In this document: positions 47,801 through 56,987 of the stretch, piece after piece
Position numbering within the stretch: position 1 is the first letter of the stretch
Layout of the letters: the number at the start of each line of letters is the position of its first letter
DNA from: Longimicrobiales bacterium
Lineage (GTDB): Bacteria; Gemmatimonadota; Gemmatimonadetes; Longimicrobiales; Gaopeijiaceae
Length of the DNA stretch: 64,000 nt
Assembly: GCA_965202985.1 (NCBI GenBank)
Contig: CBDBCF010000002.1
Location: forward strand, 704,001-768,000
Direction: 5' to 3'
Position numbers and translations under genes: made by a program
Notes under the pieces: generated by a model
Seen by the model: only the letters and a program-made list of their open reading frames with translations
Databases searched by the model: none
What the model was told of the DNA's origin: nothing

Positions 47801-48067
47801 CGTGGGCAGCAGCGCGCTGGGACGCTCGCGCTCGATCACGCGCGTCGCCCACTCGGGCGTCAGCGGCTCGATGTAGGTACGGTCGGCCAAGTCCGGGTCC
47901 GTCATGATCGTGGCCGGGTTCGAGTTGACCAGGATCACCCGGAAGCCCTCCTCCTTGAGGGCTCGGACGGCCTGCGTGCCCGAGTAGTCGAACTCGCAGG
48001 CTTGGCCGATGACGATGGGGCCCGATCCCAGGATCAGGATCGACTCCAGGTCCGTGCGCTTGGGCAA
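44804..48067 (-). CDS. carB: carbamoyl-phosphate synthase large subunit
   Basis: MPKRTD...[17 protein letters not shown], duplicated ATP-grasp halves ([17 protein letters not shown]) and C-terminal MGS domain; TTG start. Confidence 0.98.
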   Translation of the reverse strand: MPKRTDLESILILGSGPIVIGQACEFDYSGTQAVRALKEEGFRVILVNSNPATIMTDPDLADRTYIEPLTPEWATRVIERERPSALLPTMGGQTALNIAMDLHRTGVLEAQGVELVGANARSIRMAEDREQFAAAMSRIGLAVPHGGFARNMDDARRIVADTGYPAIVRPSFTLGGTGGGTAYNLAEYEAQVRRGLAASPIGEVLVDRAVLGWKEYELEVVRDGADNVIVVCSIENFDPMGVHTGDSVTVAPAQTLSDVEYQTMRDAAIAIIREIGVEAGGCNIQFAVNPADGEMLVVEMNPRVSRSSALASKATGFPIARVGAKLAVGYRLNELPNDITRTTPASFEPALDYVVVKFPRFAFEKFPGVDETLGVQMKAVGETMAVGRTFRSAWQKGLRGLEVGRAGWVAGATPQEDGLESDEPEELLCALRRPTTARKYQIKRALEAGVSIERLHRATGVDPWFLDQLAQIVETERWYADLPELDADDVRLMKRDGFSDAQLAALRGESESAVRERRRRWGVRPTYNVVDTCAGEFPAKTPYYYSSYESEDESRPSDRRKIVILGSGPNRIGQGIEFDYCCVQAVLALREAGFETIMVNSNPETVSTDFDVSDKLYFEPLTLEDVAEIVDREKPEGVIVQLGGQTPLNLARGLEELGVPILGTTVDAIDRAEDRRRFGRVCRQIGARVPANGTARSQEEAVRTARSIGFPVLVRPSYVLGGRAMEIVYDEESLEGYFERAVRASPDHPVLIDRFLEDAFEADVDAICDGVDVVIGGVMQHIEDAGVHSGDSACVLPPYLLSPAQLDEMRRLTRLFALELGVVGLLNVQYAVKDGQVYVLEVNPRASRTVPFVGKATGVPLARLAARVMAGERLADMDVPDEPRVNGVAVKEAVFPFSRFDVDTLLGPEMRSTGEAMGVDDSFGMAFAKAQVSAGNRLPGDRDGDARSVIVTVNDADKPTVTPLVRRLADLGFAVSATKGTREYLNRLGVACDRVCKVGEGRPNIVDRIVSGGVGLLINTPLGKKSQYDDYAMRRAAIAFGVPYLTTMSATSAAVDAVTAMRTRRPEVISIQERIARRPAASAAPAA

Positions 48068-48074
48068 CGTCCGC

Positions 48075-48188
48075 CTAGTTCCGGGTCTTGCCCGATTCCT
48101 TTCGGACGGCAGTGCGCACCACGAGTGCGAAGCCGCCCCAGACGAACGTCATGACGGCGATCATCGTGATCCAGGCGGTCGTGGTCAT
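48075..48188 (-). CDS. 37-aa membrane peptide resembling MetS-family NSS transporter small subunit
   Basis: My translation of the reverse strand, below the ORF-track cutoff: [37 protein letters not shown]. One TM segment with WGG and a basic tail; ends 7 bp before carB. Confidence 0.7.
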   Translation of the reverse strand: MTTTAWITMIAVMTFVWGGFALVVRTAVRKESGKTRN

Positions 48189-48284
48189 CGAAGAGGGCGA
48201 AGGACTAGGACGAAGGATTAGGAAGGCCCGCGGCCTCCCGACACCTTGACGAAGATGCGGAAAGCGGACCCCGCGAGCAAGGCG

Positions 48285-49868
48285 TCACATTCCCCACACT
48301 GCAATCTCGACGCCGCTCTCGGCGGTTCGGCTGTCGCGAAGCACCTTCTCGTCCCAACCGCGCTCCTGGTCGCGGTCGAAGACGATCAAGTGCCCGGCCT
48401 CGGCCCCGCAACGGTCCACGTACGCCGCCGCCTGCTCCACGCCTTCGGCAATGGTGCGCTCCAGGCCTCGGCGCTCGTGCCGGACCTTGCACTCGACCAC
48501 GTACTTGCCGGGCCGCTCGCCCCGAGTCCACACGATCAACAAGTCCGTGCGACCCGTCCCCAGCGCGTATTCCCGCTCAATACGCCCGCCGCTGTTGACG
48601 ACCCGCTGCAAGAACGCCTGCAACAGCAGCTGCGGTCCCGCCTCCTTGAAGCCGTAGCGCTCCACCCAGTGCTCCGAGTTCTCGCGGTAGAACTGCTGAA
48701 ACGCCTCCAGCAACTTGCCCAACAGCAGTGCGCCGGAGGTGTCCACGTACCAGGCCGGGTCGTGGGGAAGGTCGTCCTGGGCCAGCCAAGTCAGCTCCCG
48801 GGGCACGACCTCCGCGTAGACGGGGTTCGCCATGCGGATCGGCGGGTCGGGAGCGATCAACCCCAGGTCGCGGACGTACTCGACGTCCCGAGCGGTGTAG
48901 CTGGACTCGCCGGCGCCGGCCAGGATCGGCTCGACGACCCGCCAGACGCGGTCCTCGCGCAGCTTGTCGGTGAGCTGATCCAGGTGCGTGTCGCGGCGCA
49001 GGATCAGCACTTCCCGGGCGTCAAGCACATCGTCTTCGGACACCGGCCGCGAACGGTCCCGGGCCAAGTCGCCACGGAAGCAGGTCTCGTAGGCGAGCGC
49101 GTTGACGAGCCAGGGCTGGCCTTGGGTCTGGGTCCGGATCGCGTCCAGCGCGCCGTCGGCGAACGGTTGGCCGGTTTCGGCGGTGTGCTGTCCGAGCAGG
49201 TCGCGCACTTCGTCCGGGGAGAAGTCGCCCAAGCGCAGCGACTCGGCCTTGATGTTGAAGGCGCTGCCGCCGGCGACCATCGTCTTCGCCGAGTCGGAGA
49301 ACACCCGGTAGTCCCGCACGTCCCGGACGCCGCACAAAATCACGCTCTGGGGGAATCCTCCGGGCCGCATGCGGTAGCCGGCCCGCAGCTGCCGCAACAC
49401 CGCGAGGAGCGAATCGCCCATAAGCGTGTCGATCTCGTCGACCAGCAGGACAAGGGGCCGGTCGCTCTTCCGCGCCCAGCGAGTCAACGCGACCCGGAGT
49501 GCGCTGTGTCCACCGCCCTTGGCGAGCGCGACGGGCCACGTCTCCGCAAGGAAGCCGTCTCCCAGAGTATCGCAGGTCTCTTCGGCCAGCTCGTTCAGAA
49601 CGGTGCGGACCGCCGCTTCCACGTCTTCCCGGGCCGTCATCGCGCCCTCGACGTTGACGTAGACGCAAGCATGGCGGCCTTCGGCGTTCAACAGGTCGCG
49701 GAGGGCGAGTAGCGTGGAGGTCTTTCCGGTTTGCCGGGGCGCGTGGAGGACGAAGTACCGCTGCTCGTCGATCAGCCGCCGGACCTCCGCCAAATCAAAC
49801 CTGGCAAGGGGCGGGACGTGGTAGTGGTCCCGCCCCACCACGGGGCCGGACGTATTGAAGAAGCGCAT
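48285..49868 (-). CDS. P-loop/AAA-like ATPase with C-terminal PD-(D/E)XK-like domain (copy 2)
   Basis: Full-length paralogue of 10198..11778 (APRQTGKTS, LLVDEID, REYALGTGRTDLLI..VVECK, identical end ESGVEIAVWGM). Confidence 0.8.
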   Translation of the reverse strand: MRFFNTSGPVVGRDHYHVPPLARFDLAEVRRLIDEQRYFVLHAPRQTGKTSTLLALRDLLNAEGRHACVYVNVEGAMTAREDVEAAVRTVLNELAEETCDTLGDGFLAETWPVALAKGGGHSALRVALTRWARKSDRPLVLLVDEIDTLMGDSLLAVLRQLRAGYRMRPGGFPQSVILCGVRDVRDYRVFSDSAKTMVAGGSAFNIKAESLRLGDFSPDEVRDLLGQHTAETGQPFADGALDAIRTQTQGQPWLVNALAYETCFRGDLARDRSRPVSEDDVLDAREVLILRRDTHLDQLTDKLREDRVWRVVEPILAGAGESSYTARDVEYVRDLGLIAPDPPIRMANPVYAEVVPRELTWLAQDDLPHDPAWYVDTSGALLLGKLLEAFQQFYRENSEHWVERYGFKEAGPQLLLQAFLQRVVNSGGRIEREYALGTGRTDLLIVWTRGERPGKYVVECKVRHERRGLERTIAEGVEQAAAYVDRCGAEAGHLIVFDRDQERGWDEKVLRDSRTAESGVEIAVWGM

Positions 49869-49881
49869 TCCCCGCGTCCGC

Positions 49882-51132
49882 TCAGCGCCTGATTCCGAGG
49901 CGCGTCACGTAGGGCGCAAGGTCTTCGCCGATGCCGGCCAGAAGCAGGTACCGGAGGGTGGCGTAGGCGGGCAACGGGGCCGACAGCGAACCCAGCAGCT
50001 CCGCCGCCAACGGCTCCGGCAGCGGCGCCCGGCCCAGGTAGTCGCCCGTCGGTCCGAATGCATCGACCGCCGTCCCGCCCGGGGCCGACTCGGTCTCGGG
50101 CACCACGTACAAGGTCCCGGTCCCGTCGGCGAAGACGGCTCGAAGCACGGGCTTCTCGTCGGGCAATCCGGCAAGGCGATCCGGGGCCTCGGGGCTGTCG
50201 CCCAGGAGATCACGGACCGCGGCGACGTCGGCGTCCGTCACCGACGCCGGAGCTTCGTCCAACGAGACGACGAGGAGCGTGTCGCCCTCCAGCGAGCGCT
50301 TGTAGACCCGGTACTCGCGGGAGTGGCCGAACCAGATGCTCGCGCCGTTCTCCAAGGCGGACACCAAGCGGCCGGCGTAGTGGTTCCTGTAGGTCGCTCG
50401 GCCTCCGACCTGCACCATCTCCGCCGCGTACTCCAGCGGGGGGAACGAATCGACGGGTCCCGCCTCCGCGTCCGCGGCCTCGGGCGGCGCGCCCGCGTCC
50501 CCGGCGCCGCCGAGAACGAAGGGAAAGAGCTGGGTCTCGGCGGGAAGGCGGCCGCGCACCCGGTCGGGGAACCATGTCCTCCAGTCCGTGTAGCGGCGGT
50601 CCGGGCCGACCGACCGGTCCCATGTCCCCGTCCACGGGTATCCGCGCCCGCGCCGAGGCAGGGCGGTCACGAACGCGCCGTCGGGCTCGAAGACCGAGAT
50701 GCGGGCCGTGGCCGGGTCGGGCACCCAGACCCGGTTGTCGGGACCGATGCTGACTCCAGCTGCCCTCGAAAGCTCGCCAGGGCCTTCGCCCGGTCGCCCG
50801 ATGGCGTGCGAGTAGGCGCCGCTCGGGTCGAAGACGAACACCTGCTGGGCCATGCGATCGAGCACGTAGATGTTGTCGTCGGCGTCGGCGGCCACCGCCT
50901 CGATCGCGCCGAAGCCCTCGGGCGGGCCGACGATCCTAACCTCCTCTTCGAGGCGCCATCCAGCGACGGGGCTGTCCGAGGCGTGTCCGCCTCCCGCGGC
51001 GTCCGGGCCGCCGCGCTCGTCGCAGGCCGCAAGGCCCGGCAAGCCGATGAAGGCCAAGACGGCAGCGCTGCGACCGATGCGGGACCCGGCTTCACCGCTC
51101 AACGGCGCTTCTCGCCTCAGTGCCGCCCTCAT
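49882..51132 (-). CDS. 6-bladed beta-propeller (NHL-like) lipoprotein
   Basis: Lipobox LAAC; NIYVLDRMAQQVFVFDPSG.Y...IGRPGEGPGEL. Exact start uncertain. Confidence 0.75.
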   Translation of the reverse strand: MRAALRREAPLSGEAGSRIGRSAAVLAFIGLPGLAACDERGGPDAAGGGHASDSPVAGWRLEEEVRIVGPPEGFGAIEAVAADADDNIYVLDRMAQQVFVFDPSGAYSHAIGRPGEGPGELSRAAGVSIGPDNRVWVPDPATARISVFEPDGAFVTALPRRGRGYPWTGTWDRSVGPDRRYTDWRTWFPDRVRGRLPAETQLFPFVLGGAGDAGAPPEAADAEAGPVDSFPPLEYAAEMVQVGGRATYRNHYAGRLVSALENGASIWFGHSREYRVYKRSLEGDTLLVVSLDEAPASVTDADVAAVRDLLGDSPEAPDRLAGLPDEKPVLRAVFADGTGTLYVVPETESAPGGTAVDAFGPTGDYLGRAPLPEPLAAELLGSLSAPLPAYATLRYLLLAGIGEDLAPYVTRLGIRR

Positions 51133-51133
51133 C

Positions 51134-53155
51134 TCAACTCCGCCCTCCGGGGCTCGTTGGGCGTCCTCGCCGGCGCACCAACCGGAAGCGGAAGCGCTTG
51201 TCGGGGCGGATCGTGGGGATCGTGGAGGTGGTCAGCTCGTAGCCGGGCGGGTCCATGGCGATCTCCGCTTCGTGGAGGATCGTGGCGAAGTTCAGGACGA
51301 TCTGGGCCTCCGCGAACCCGGCGCCCAGGCAGCGGTGGGATCCCAGGCCGAAGGGGACGAAGGCGTTGCGCTGCCGGTGCTCGGCCCGGCCCGGCAGGTA
51401 GCGGTCGATGTCGAAGGTGTACGGTTCGGGGAAGAGCTCGGGCACGAAGTGGGAGACCGTGGCCGCCACGAGAAGGACGACGCCCGCCGGAACGCGGTGG
51501 CCAGCGTACTCGAAGCTGTTCGACACGTGGCGCGGCACAACCGGCACGATCGGATAACGCCGGAGCGTCTCCAGGGCCACGCGATGGATCGTCTCGAGCC
51601 TGCGCAGGCCGGCGGCCGTGGGAGGACCCTCGGCGAACAAGGCGTCGGCCTCGGCCCTCGCGCGCTCGAGCACCTCCGGGTGCTTGAAGAGCGCGTACAG
51701 CATGTAGGCGCAGCTGACGCCGACGGTGTCCAGCCCCACCAAGTAGGGCGTCATCACGCCGAACTTGAGGTCCGTCTCGGGGAAGAACACGGGCTCCGAC
51801 TCGTGAAGTTCCAGCAGCTCGTTCACCATGTCGCCGGCGTCGGCCCAGCGTCCGCCGGGCCTGTGCTCCTCGATCACTTCGGCCACCGCCGACTCGATGC
51901 GCCTGCGCACCTTCTTGAACTTGCGCGCGTAGATGAACATCGGGCGTTGCCGGGCGATCCGCGTGGCGAGAAGCGTGTCGAAGAAGAAGAGGAAGTCGTC
52001 CATGTACGCGGCGGGGCTCGAGTGCGTCAGGATCGTGCCCAGCTGCCTGGAAATGATCCGCTGCATGGCGTGGACGCCTCCCAGCGAGCGGCCGCCCCAC
52101 GAGTCGATCTCGTCGCGGACGATGTCGACCGCCGCGTCCATGTGGTTCTCGAATCGGCCGCGCGCGTAGAGCGTCGCATTGAAGCGCCGAAAGCGAACGT
52201 GCTCCGTTCCGTCCATGGCGGTGAGCACCTTGGACAGGCCCAGCTCCTGGTAGAAGCCGCTCCACGGCTCCAGCGAGCGCAGGTAGCGCTTGCCCTGCTT
52301 GTGGACCCAAGTGTTGGCCTCCTGTCCGGCCAGGATGTACACCTCGTGGCCCAGGAAGCGCACCTTGAACAGCGGCCCCAGTTCCAAGTGCTTCTCGACC
52401 AGGAAGTCGGTCAGGTTCTTGCGGGCCTCCAAAGCGCAACCCAGGATCGGAAGCCCCTTGGCGAACGGAATCGGCGCGCTTGCGGGGGCCGCCGGGGCGC
52501 GCGACGCCTCCTCAACGAGCTGGCCCACGATCCGGGCCACGGTTCGGCCGATCAGGTCCAGGCGTCGCACCCAGTCCAGGCGGTCCGCCACGTCCGCCAG
52601 CTCGTCCTTGGCCAAGATGCCGTCGAAGAAGCCGCAGGCGTCGGCCAAGCCGATGATCGCGGCGTCTCGCGGGGCCGGCACGTCGTCGCCGAACAAGACC
52701 TGCATCACTCGCAGGCGAACATCCTGCTGGACTTGGCCGTCTCCGGCCACCGGGTAGCGCCGAGCGCGCCGAACCCGCCGCGACAGCGCGATCAGACCTT
52801 CCTCAGCGGATTCGAGCACGCCCGCGTCCACCAGGCGGGCCAGCGCCGTCTCCCGGATCGCCTCGCCGTCCTTCGCCAGGATGCGCAGCCAGTGCTCGGC
52901 GTCGCGAGTCTCGCCCTTCGCGCCGCTCTCGGCGATGCGGGCCAGGAACGGGTCCAGCAGCTCGTCACCCAGCGGCTCCGGGCTCTCCAGCACGAGCTTC
53001 TCCAGGTCCGTGTCGATCCGATCCTCGAAGGCAAGGTCCACGAGCACCGCGCCCGCCAGGGCAAAGTGCAGACGGTCCTCGGACACGTCCGCCAGATCGC
53101 CGGACTGCTCGTCGAGCAGCAGAAGCAGGATCTCTTCGGCGATTCGCAGCTTCAC
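51134..53155 (-). CDS. GPP34/GOLPH3-like domain fused to cytochrome P450
   Basis: N-terminus L.IAEEILLLLLDE..G, LAGAVLVDLAFEDRID and L..LVDAGVL is GPP34-like. C-terminus has I-helix GLDT, ExxR (ETLR), F...R meander and heme motif FGLGSHRCLG. Confidence 0.8.
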   Translation of the reverse strand: MKLRIAEEILLLLLDEQSGDLADVSEDRLHFALAGAVLVDLAFEDRIDTDLEKLVLESPEPLGDELLDPFLARIAESGAKGETRDAEHWLRILAKDGEAIRETALARLVDAGVLESAEEGLIALSRRVRRARRYPVAGDGQVQQDVRLRVMQVLFGDDVPAPRDAAIIGLADACGFFDGILAKDELADVADRLDWVRRLDLIGRTVARIVGQLVEEASRAPAAPASAPIPFAKGLPILGCALEARKNLTDFLVEKHLELGPLFKVRFLGHEVYILAGQEANTWVHKQGKRYLRSLEPWSGFYQELGLSKVLTAMDGTEHVRFRRFNATLYARGRFENHMDAAVDIVRDEIDSWGGRSLGGVHAMQRIISRQLGTILTHSSPAAYMDDFLFFFDTLLATRIARQRPMFIYARKFKKVRRRIESAVAEVIEEHRPGGRWADAGDMVNELLELHESEPVFFPETDLKFGVMTPYLVGLDTVGVSCAYMLYALFKHPEVLERARAEADALFAEGPPTAAGLRRLETIHRVALETLRRYPIVPVVPRHVSNSFEYAGHRVPAGVVLLVAATVSHFVPELFPEPYTFDIDRYLPGRAEHRQRNAFVPFGLGSHRCLGAGFAEAQIVLNFATILHEAEIAMDPPGYELTTSTIPTIRPDKRFRFRLVRRRGRPTSPGGRS

Positions 53156-53433
53156 AGGGCCTCTGTTGCGGGGCCTTCGGGGTCCGCGGCCTCGACAACC
53201 CTGCGCAGGCCGGGAACAGCCGGATCAAGTCGCTCGATCAATCCGCGAACGCTGCAGCCAGCCACGACATGTGCTCCCGCCATGAAGTGAACCGCCATCA
53301 CGGCCTTCTCCGCCGCTTGCTGAGCCGCGAAGCAGGCCTGAGCGAAGTAGTTGCCGTCCGCTGCATAGCGGGCAAACTCGAGATCGACTTCTGCTGTTGC
53401 CAGCCAGCGCCGAGCCTCCTCTGCACCGGTCAC
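53152..53433 (-). pseudogene. truncated HEPN-domain protein
   Basis: W...A..DL..A......Y..ACF.AQQAAEKA is the N-terminal half of HEPN. The usual C-terminal RYP segment is missing and no nucleotidyltransferase partner is adjacent. Confidence 0.6.
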
Positions 53434-53449
53434 TGCACGGCCCGGGCGC

Positions 53450-54064
53450 TCATCGCGCGGCCAAGTCCGATCCCCGCACTCCCAGCACGTCAGCCACGGT
53501 TCGCAAACCGTCGATGACGTTCTGGATGTGCACGGCCCGGTCCAAGGCGATCAGCTCCAGGCCGCGCTGAACGGCGTCTCGATGAACGCCGGCCGCGAAC
53601 GCCTTGTCCTTGAGCTTCTTGACGACCGACTTGGGCTTGAGGTCGTCGATGCCGTTGGGACGGACGAGGCAACAGGCGTAGACGAGGCCGCTGAGTTCGT
53701 CGCAGGCGTAAAGCACCTTGTCCAACGGCGTCTCCGGCGCCACGTCGGAGCGGTCCGGGTAGGCGTGGGTCAGGATTGCGCGCACAACCGGTTGGGGATA
53801 GCCCAGCTCGCGCAGGCGTCGGACGCCGACGTGGGGATGCTCGTCCGGGTGCTTCTCCCAGTCCAGGTCGTGAAGGAGGCCGGCCAGTCCCCAGAGCTCC
53901 GCGTCCTCGCCCATGAGCCCGGCGTAGTGCCGGACCGCGGCCTCGACGGCATACATGTGCTTTCGAAGCGCGTCGCTCCGGACCCACTCCTCGAGGAGCG
54001 CGACGGCGTCGGAACGGGTCGGCATCGGCGTCGGCGGTCGGTTCTTCTCGGGCTCTCCGGACAT
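53450..54064 (-). CDS. HD-superfamily (HDIG-like) metal-dependent phosphohydrolase
   Basis: LRKHMYAVEA, GLLHDLDWE, AILTH, LYACDELSGL, SVVKKLKDKAFAAGV. Confidence 0.88.
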   Translation of the reverse strand: MSGEPEKNRPPTPMPTRSDAVALLEEWVRSDALRKHMYAVEAAVRHYAGLMGEDAELWGLAGLLHDLDWEKHPDEHPHVGVRRLRELGYPQPVVRAILTHAYPDRSDVAPETPLDKVLYACDELSGLVYACCLVRPNGIDDLKPKSVVKKLKDKAFAAGVHRDAVQRGLELIALDRAVHIQNVIDGLRTVADVLGVRGSDLAAR

Positions 54065-54127
54065 GGGCGCAATCTGCGGCTGCCCACGAGCGCAGGCAAG
54101 CCGGCCCGGCCCAGGCGCTTCGTCCGC

Positions 54128-55396
54128 CTAACGAAGCTCGGTCGGGAGCCTCCGAACCACCACGGTCGGGACGTCCAGCGCGTCCAGTTCGAGAAACGCG
54201 GCCAGACCGTCCGGCCCCAGGGCCATCGGCATCGGAAGGTCGCTCGGGTCGAAGGTTCCGACGTAGTCGCCCGTTGCCAGGAGCAGGTCCACCGGACCCG
54301 GAACATAGTCGTCCACGATGTTGGCGGACAGAAGGTGAGCGGGGTTCCGACGCTGGACCCATACCGAGCGGTCCCATCCCGCCTTGACGCCTTCCACGAC
54401 GGGCACCTCGTGGTAGTAGCTCGATTCGTCGAGCGCGTCCCCCGCTACGTTCTCCATCCACTGGTCCACGTAGGCCGGCGACAGGTCTGCTTCCTCCAGC
54501 GTGCGACGGAGCGCTTCGACGCCGGCTTCGCGATGGCGAGCCGTGACCGCCGTCGGAAAGATGGGGCGTCGCATGACGCGCACGAGATCGCCGCCCGGGT
54601 CCGTGACCTTGATCGAGTAGGCCGACGAATCGGAGTACACGATCGTTCCGTCGGGAAAGGCGTCGAAGTTCAGGTTCGGCTCGAAGTCCCCCAGTCCCCG
54701 CGTCACCGGAACGGGCGACCACGCCTGGAGGACGGTGCGCGTCGAGATGTCGTCCCCGCCGAATCCGACTCGCAGAATCGCCGCACGACCGGATTCCCCA
54801 GCGCTTCCGCGGCTCACGGCCGTCCGGTTCAGAGGGTTGACCATGAAGAGGCCGTTGCGTGCTCGATCGGGGCGCACGACCCGGGCCATGTTTCCGAATC
54901 CGGCTACCCGGCCACCCCCGCCCGCCCCGACCGTGCGCACCAGTTCACCGTCGGAGGAAAAGACCAAGTACGCGTTTTGCCCCAAGTCGAATGCGGCCAC
55001 GTGCCGATCCCCTAGAGGAGCAAAGTGAGGCAGACCGCCGAACTCTCCTGGGCCGTCGCCAGGCTCCCCGAGCTGGACGGCAGTTCGTCCGTCGTCGCGG
55101 ATCGCCAGCAAGCGAGCCGAAGAAGCCGAATTGCCGTCCAAGAGGTAGAGCGTGCAGTCGCCGCCGAACTCCGCTTTCCGCACCCTGCTGAGCAACAGGT
55201 CCGATCCGCCTACGCGGTAGACCTCATCCAGATCGAGCACCGGAAACCGGTCCGCTTCCGGCAGATCCACCACCTCCTGGGCGCCAAGAGCGCCCGCAAG
55301 CAAGACCGCCGGCAACAGCGCCAGGGCAGCCGTGGGCACTTCGTGCGCCCGACTGGGCCGGTGTTGCAGGTGGCCGTGTCGTAATCGTTTCGCCAT
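54128..55396 (-). CDS. exported 6-bladed beta-propeller-like protein
   Basis: Signal peptide (ALALLPAVLLAGALGA|QE), G.PGDGPGEF blade motif, C-terminus GDYVGTF...DALDVPTVVV similar to the other propellers in the window. Confidence 0.65.
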   Translation of the reverse strand: MAKRLRHGHLQHRPSRAHEVPTAALALLPAVLLAGALGAQEVVDLPEADRFPVLDLDEVYRVGGSDLLLSRVRKAEFGGDCTLYLLDGNSASSARLLAIRDDGRTAVQLGEPGDGPGEFGGLPHFAPLGDRHVAAFDLGQNAYLVFSSDGELVRTVGAGGGGRVAGFGNMARVVRPDRARNGLFMVNPLNRTAVSRGSAGESGRAAILRVGFGGDDISTRTVLQAWSPVPVTRGLGDFEPNLNFDAFPDGTIVYSDSSAYSIKVTDPGGDLVRVMRRPIFPTAVTARHREAGVEALRRTLEEADLSPAYVDQWMENVAGDALDESSYYHEVPVVEGVKAGWDRSVWVQRRNPAHLLSANIVDDYVPGPVDLLLATGDYVGTFDPSDLPMPMALGPDGLAAFLELDALDVPTVVVRRLPTELR

Positions 55397-55442
55397 ATTT
55401 CGCCGAGATCTAATCGATTCTTCCCATCCGCAAGCGATTCTG

Positions 55443-56987
55443 ATGTCCCGGACCGCCTCGCAAGATAAACGAACGCCCCTGGGCCAAGCTTGGCTTCGGC
55501 ATGAGTTGCGACTGCCGGCGCCGCGCCCGTTCGTGGAGAGCCACCGGGTCGCATCCGGCACCCGCAGGAGGGAGGTCGACGGGCCGTGCACCCTGGAGAT
55601 GTACCCGCGCCGGTACTCGGTGGGCCGCTCGGTGGTGTCGCACATTCGGTTCGCCTTGCGTCACGAGGCGCTGGACCTCGGCGTGCTCGCAGGAGCCTTC
55701 GAGGCCATGGACGCCGGCGAGCTGGAGGACTGGGTGCGGAGGGAGCCCACGGGCGCCTTCAGCCGGCGGGCCTGGTTCCTGTACGAGACTCTGACTGGCC
55801 GCACGCTGGACTTGGAGGACGCGCGCCACGGCAACTACGCCGCAGCGCTGGACCCTCACAGGCACGTCGTGGCGAGCCGTCGCAACTCCCGGCGCCACCG
55901 CGTCGCCGACAACCTGCTGGGGGGACGGGACCTGTGCCCAACCGTCCGACGAACCGAAGCCCTGGAAGCCGCCATGGCGGACCGGGCGGACCTGCGCCTG
56001 CGACGCCTCTTGGCCGCGTGCGACCCCGCCGTGCTGGATCGCGCGGTCAACTACCTCTACACCAAGGAGAGCCGCGCCTCCTTCGCCATCGAAGGGGAGA
56101 GGCCCAGCGCCCGCCGCGCCGAACGGTTCGCCACGGCGCTCAAACGGGCATCCGACGTCGGCCCGGTGGACGAAGCGGCCCTGGCGGCCCTTCAGAACGC
56201 CATTGTGGACCCTCGCTACGCGGCTTCGGGATGGCGCAACGCGCAGACCTTCGTGGGGGGCGTGGGGACGGGCTTCCGCGATGAAGTCCACTTCGTGTGC
56301 CCTCGGCCGCGCGATGTGCGGGGCCTGATGGAGGGGTGGGCCGCGCTGCACCGCCGCGTCGTCGAAGGCGGCGTGCCGCCGGTCGTGGCCGCGGCGGCTT
56401 CGGCGTTCGCCTTCGTCTTCGCGCATCCGTTCGACGACGGCAACGGCCGAATCCACCGCTTCCTTATCCACCAAGTCCTGACGCAGACGGGCTACGTGCC
56501 GGCCGGCGCGGTGTTTCCCGTGTCGGCAGCGATCCTTCGCGACCGCCGAGGCTACGACCGCGTGCTCGAATCCTTCTCCCGGCCCCGGCTGGCCCTGACC
56601 GAATGGCGGTGGACGCCGGAGAGGAAGATGGTCGTCGAGAACGACACCGCGAACCTCTATCGGTACTTCGACGCCACGCCGTTCGCGGAGTACCTGCACG
56701 AGCGAGTGGCCGAGACGGTGCGCAAGGACATGAAGGAGGAGATCGACTTCATCGCCGTGTTCGACCGGGCCTTCGACGCCGTTCGCGCGGTCGTAGACAT
56801 GCCGGACCGCCGGGCGTTGCTGCTGGTGCGGCTGTGCATGCAGAACAACGGGGCACTGCCCCGGCGACGGCGACGATTGTTTCCCGAGCTGGCCGACGAA
56901 GAGGTCGGCGCCATGGAAGACGCCGTGCGCCGGGCGATGGACCACGCCGAGTCGGTCGATTACACCGCGCTCGACGGGCAGAGGTGA
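55443..56987 (+). CDS. Fic-family protein with intramolecular inhibitory motif
   Basis: Canonical HPFDDGNGRIHR motif; upstream SFAIEG fits the (S/T)xxxE(G/N) inhibitory helix. Confidence 0.88.
   Translation: MSRTASQDKRTPLGQAWLRHELRLPAPRPFVESHRVASGTRRREVDGPCTLEMYPRRYSVGRSVVSHIRFALRHEALDLGVLAGAFEAMDAGELEDWVRREPTGAFSRRAWFLYETLTGRTLDLEDARHGNYAAALDPHRHVVASRRNSRRHRVADNLLGGRDLCPTVRRTEALEAAMADRADLRLRRLLAACDPAVLDRAVNYLYTKESRASFAIEGERPSARRAERFATALKRASDVGPVDEAALAALQNAIVDPRYAASGWRNAQTFVGGVGTGFRDEVHFVCPRPRDVRGLMEGWAALHRRVVEGGVPPVVAAAASAFAFVFAHPFDDGNGRIHRFLIHQVLTQTGYVPAGAVFPVSAAILRDRRGYDRVLESFSRPRLALTEWRWTPERKMVVENDTANLYRYFDATPFAEYLHERVAETVRKDMKEEIDFIAVFDRAFDAVRAVVDMPDRRALLLVRLCMQNNGALPRRRRRLFPELADEEVGAMEDAVRRAMDHAESVDYTALDGQR

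Noticed and set aside
48190..48225. Short imperfect tandem repeat (CGAAGGA.TAGGA) upstream of the small peptide and carB as a pyrimidine attenuator
   Set aside because: Only two to three degenerate units, with no terminator/antiterminator or PyrR-type structure evident.
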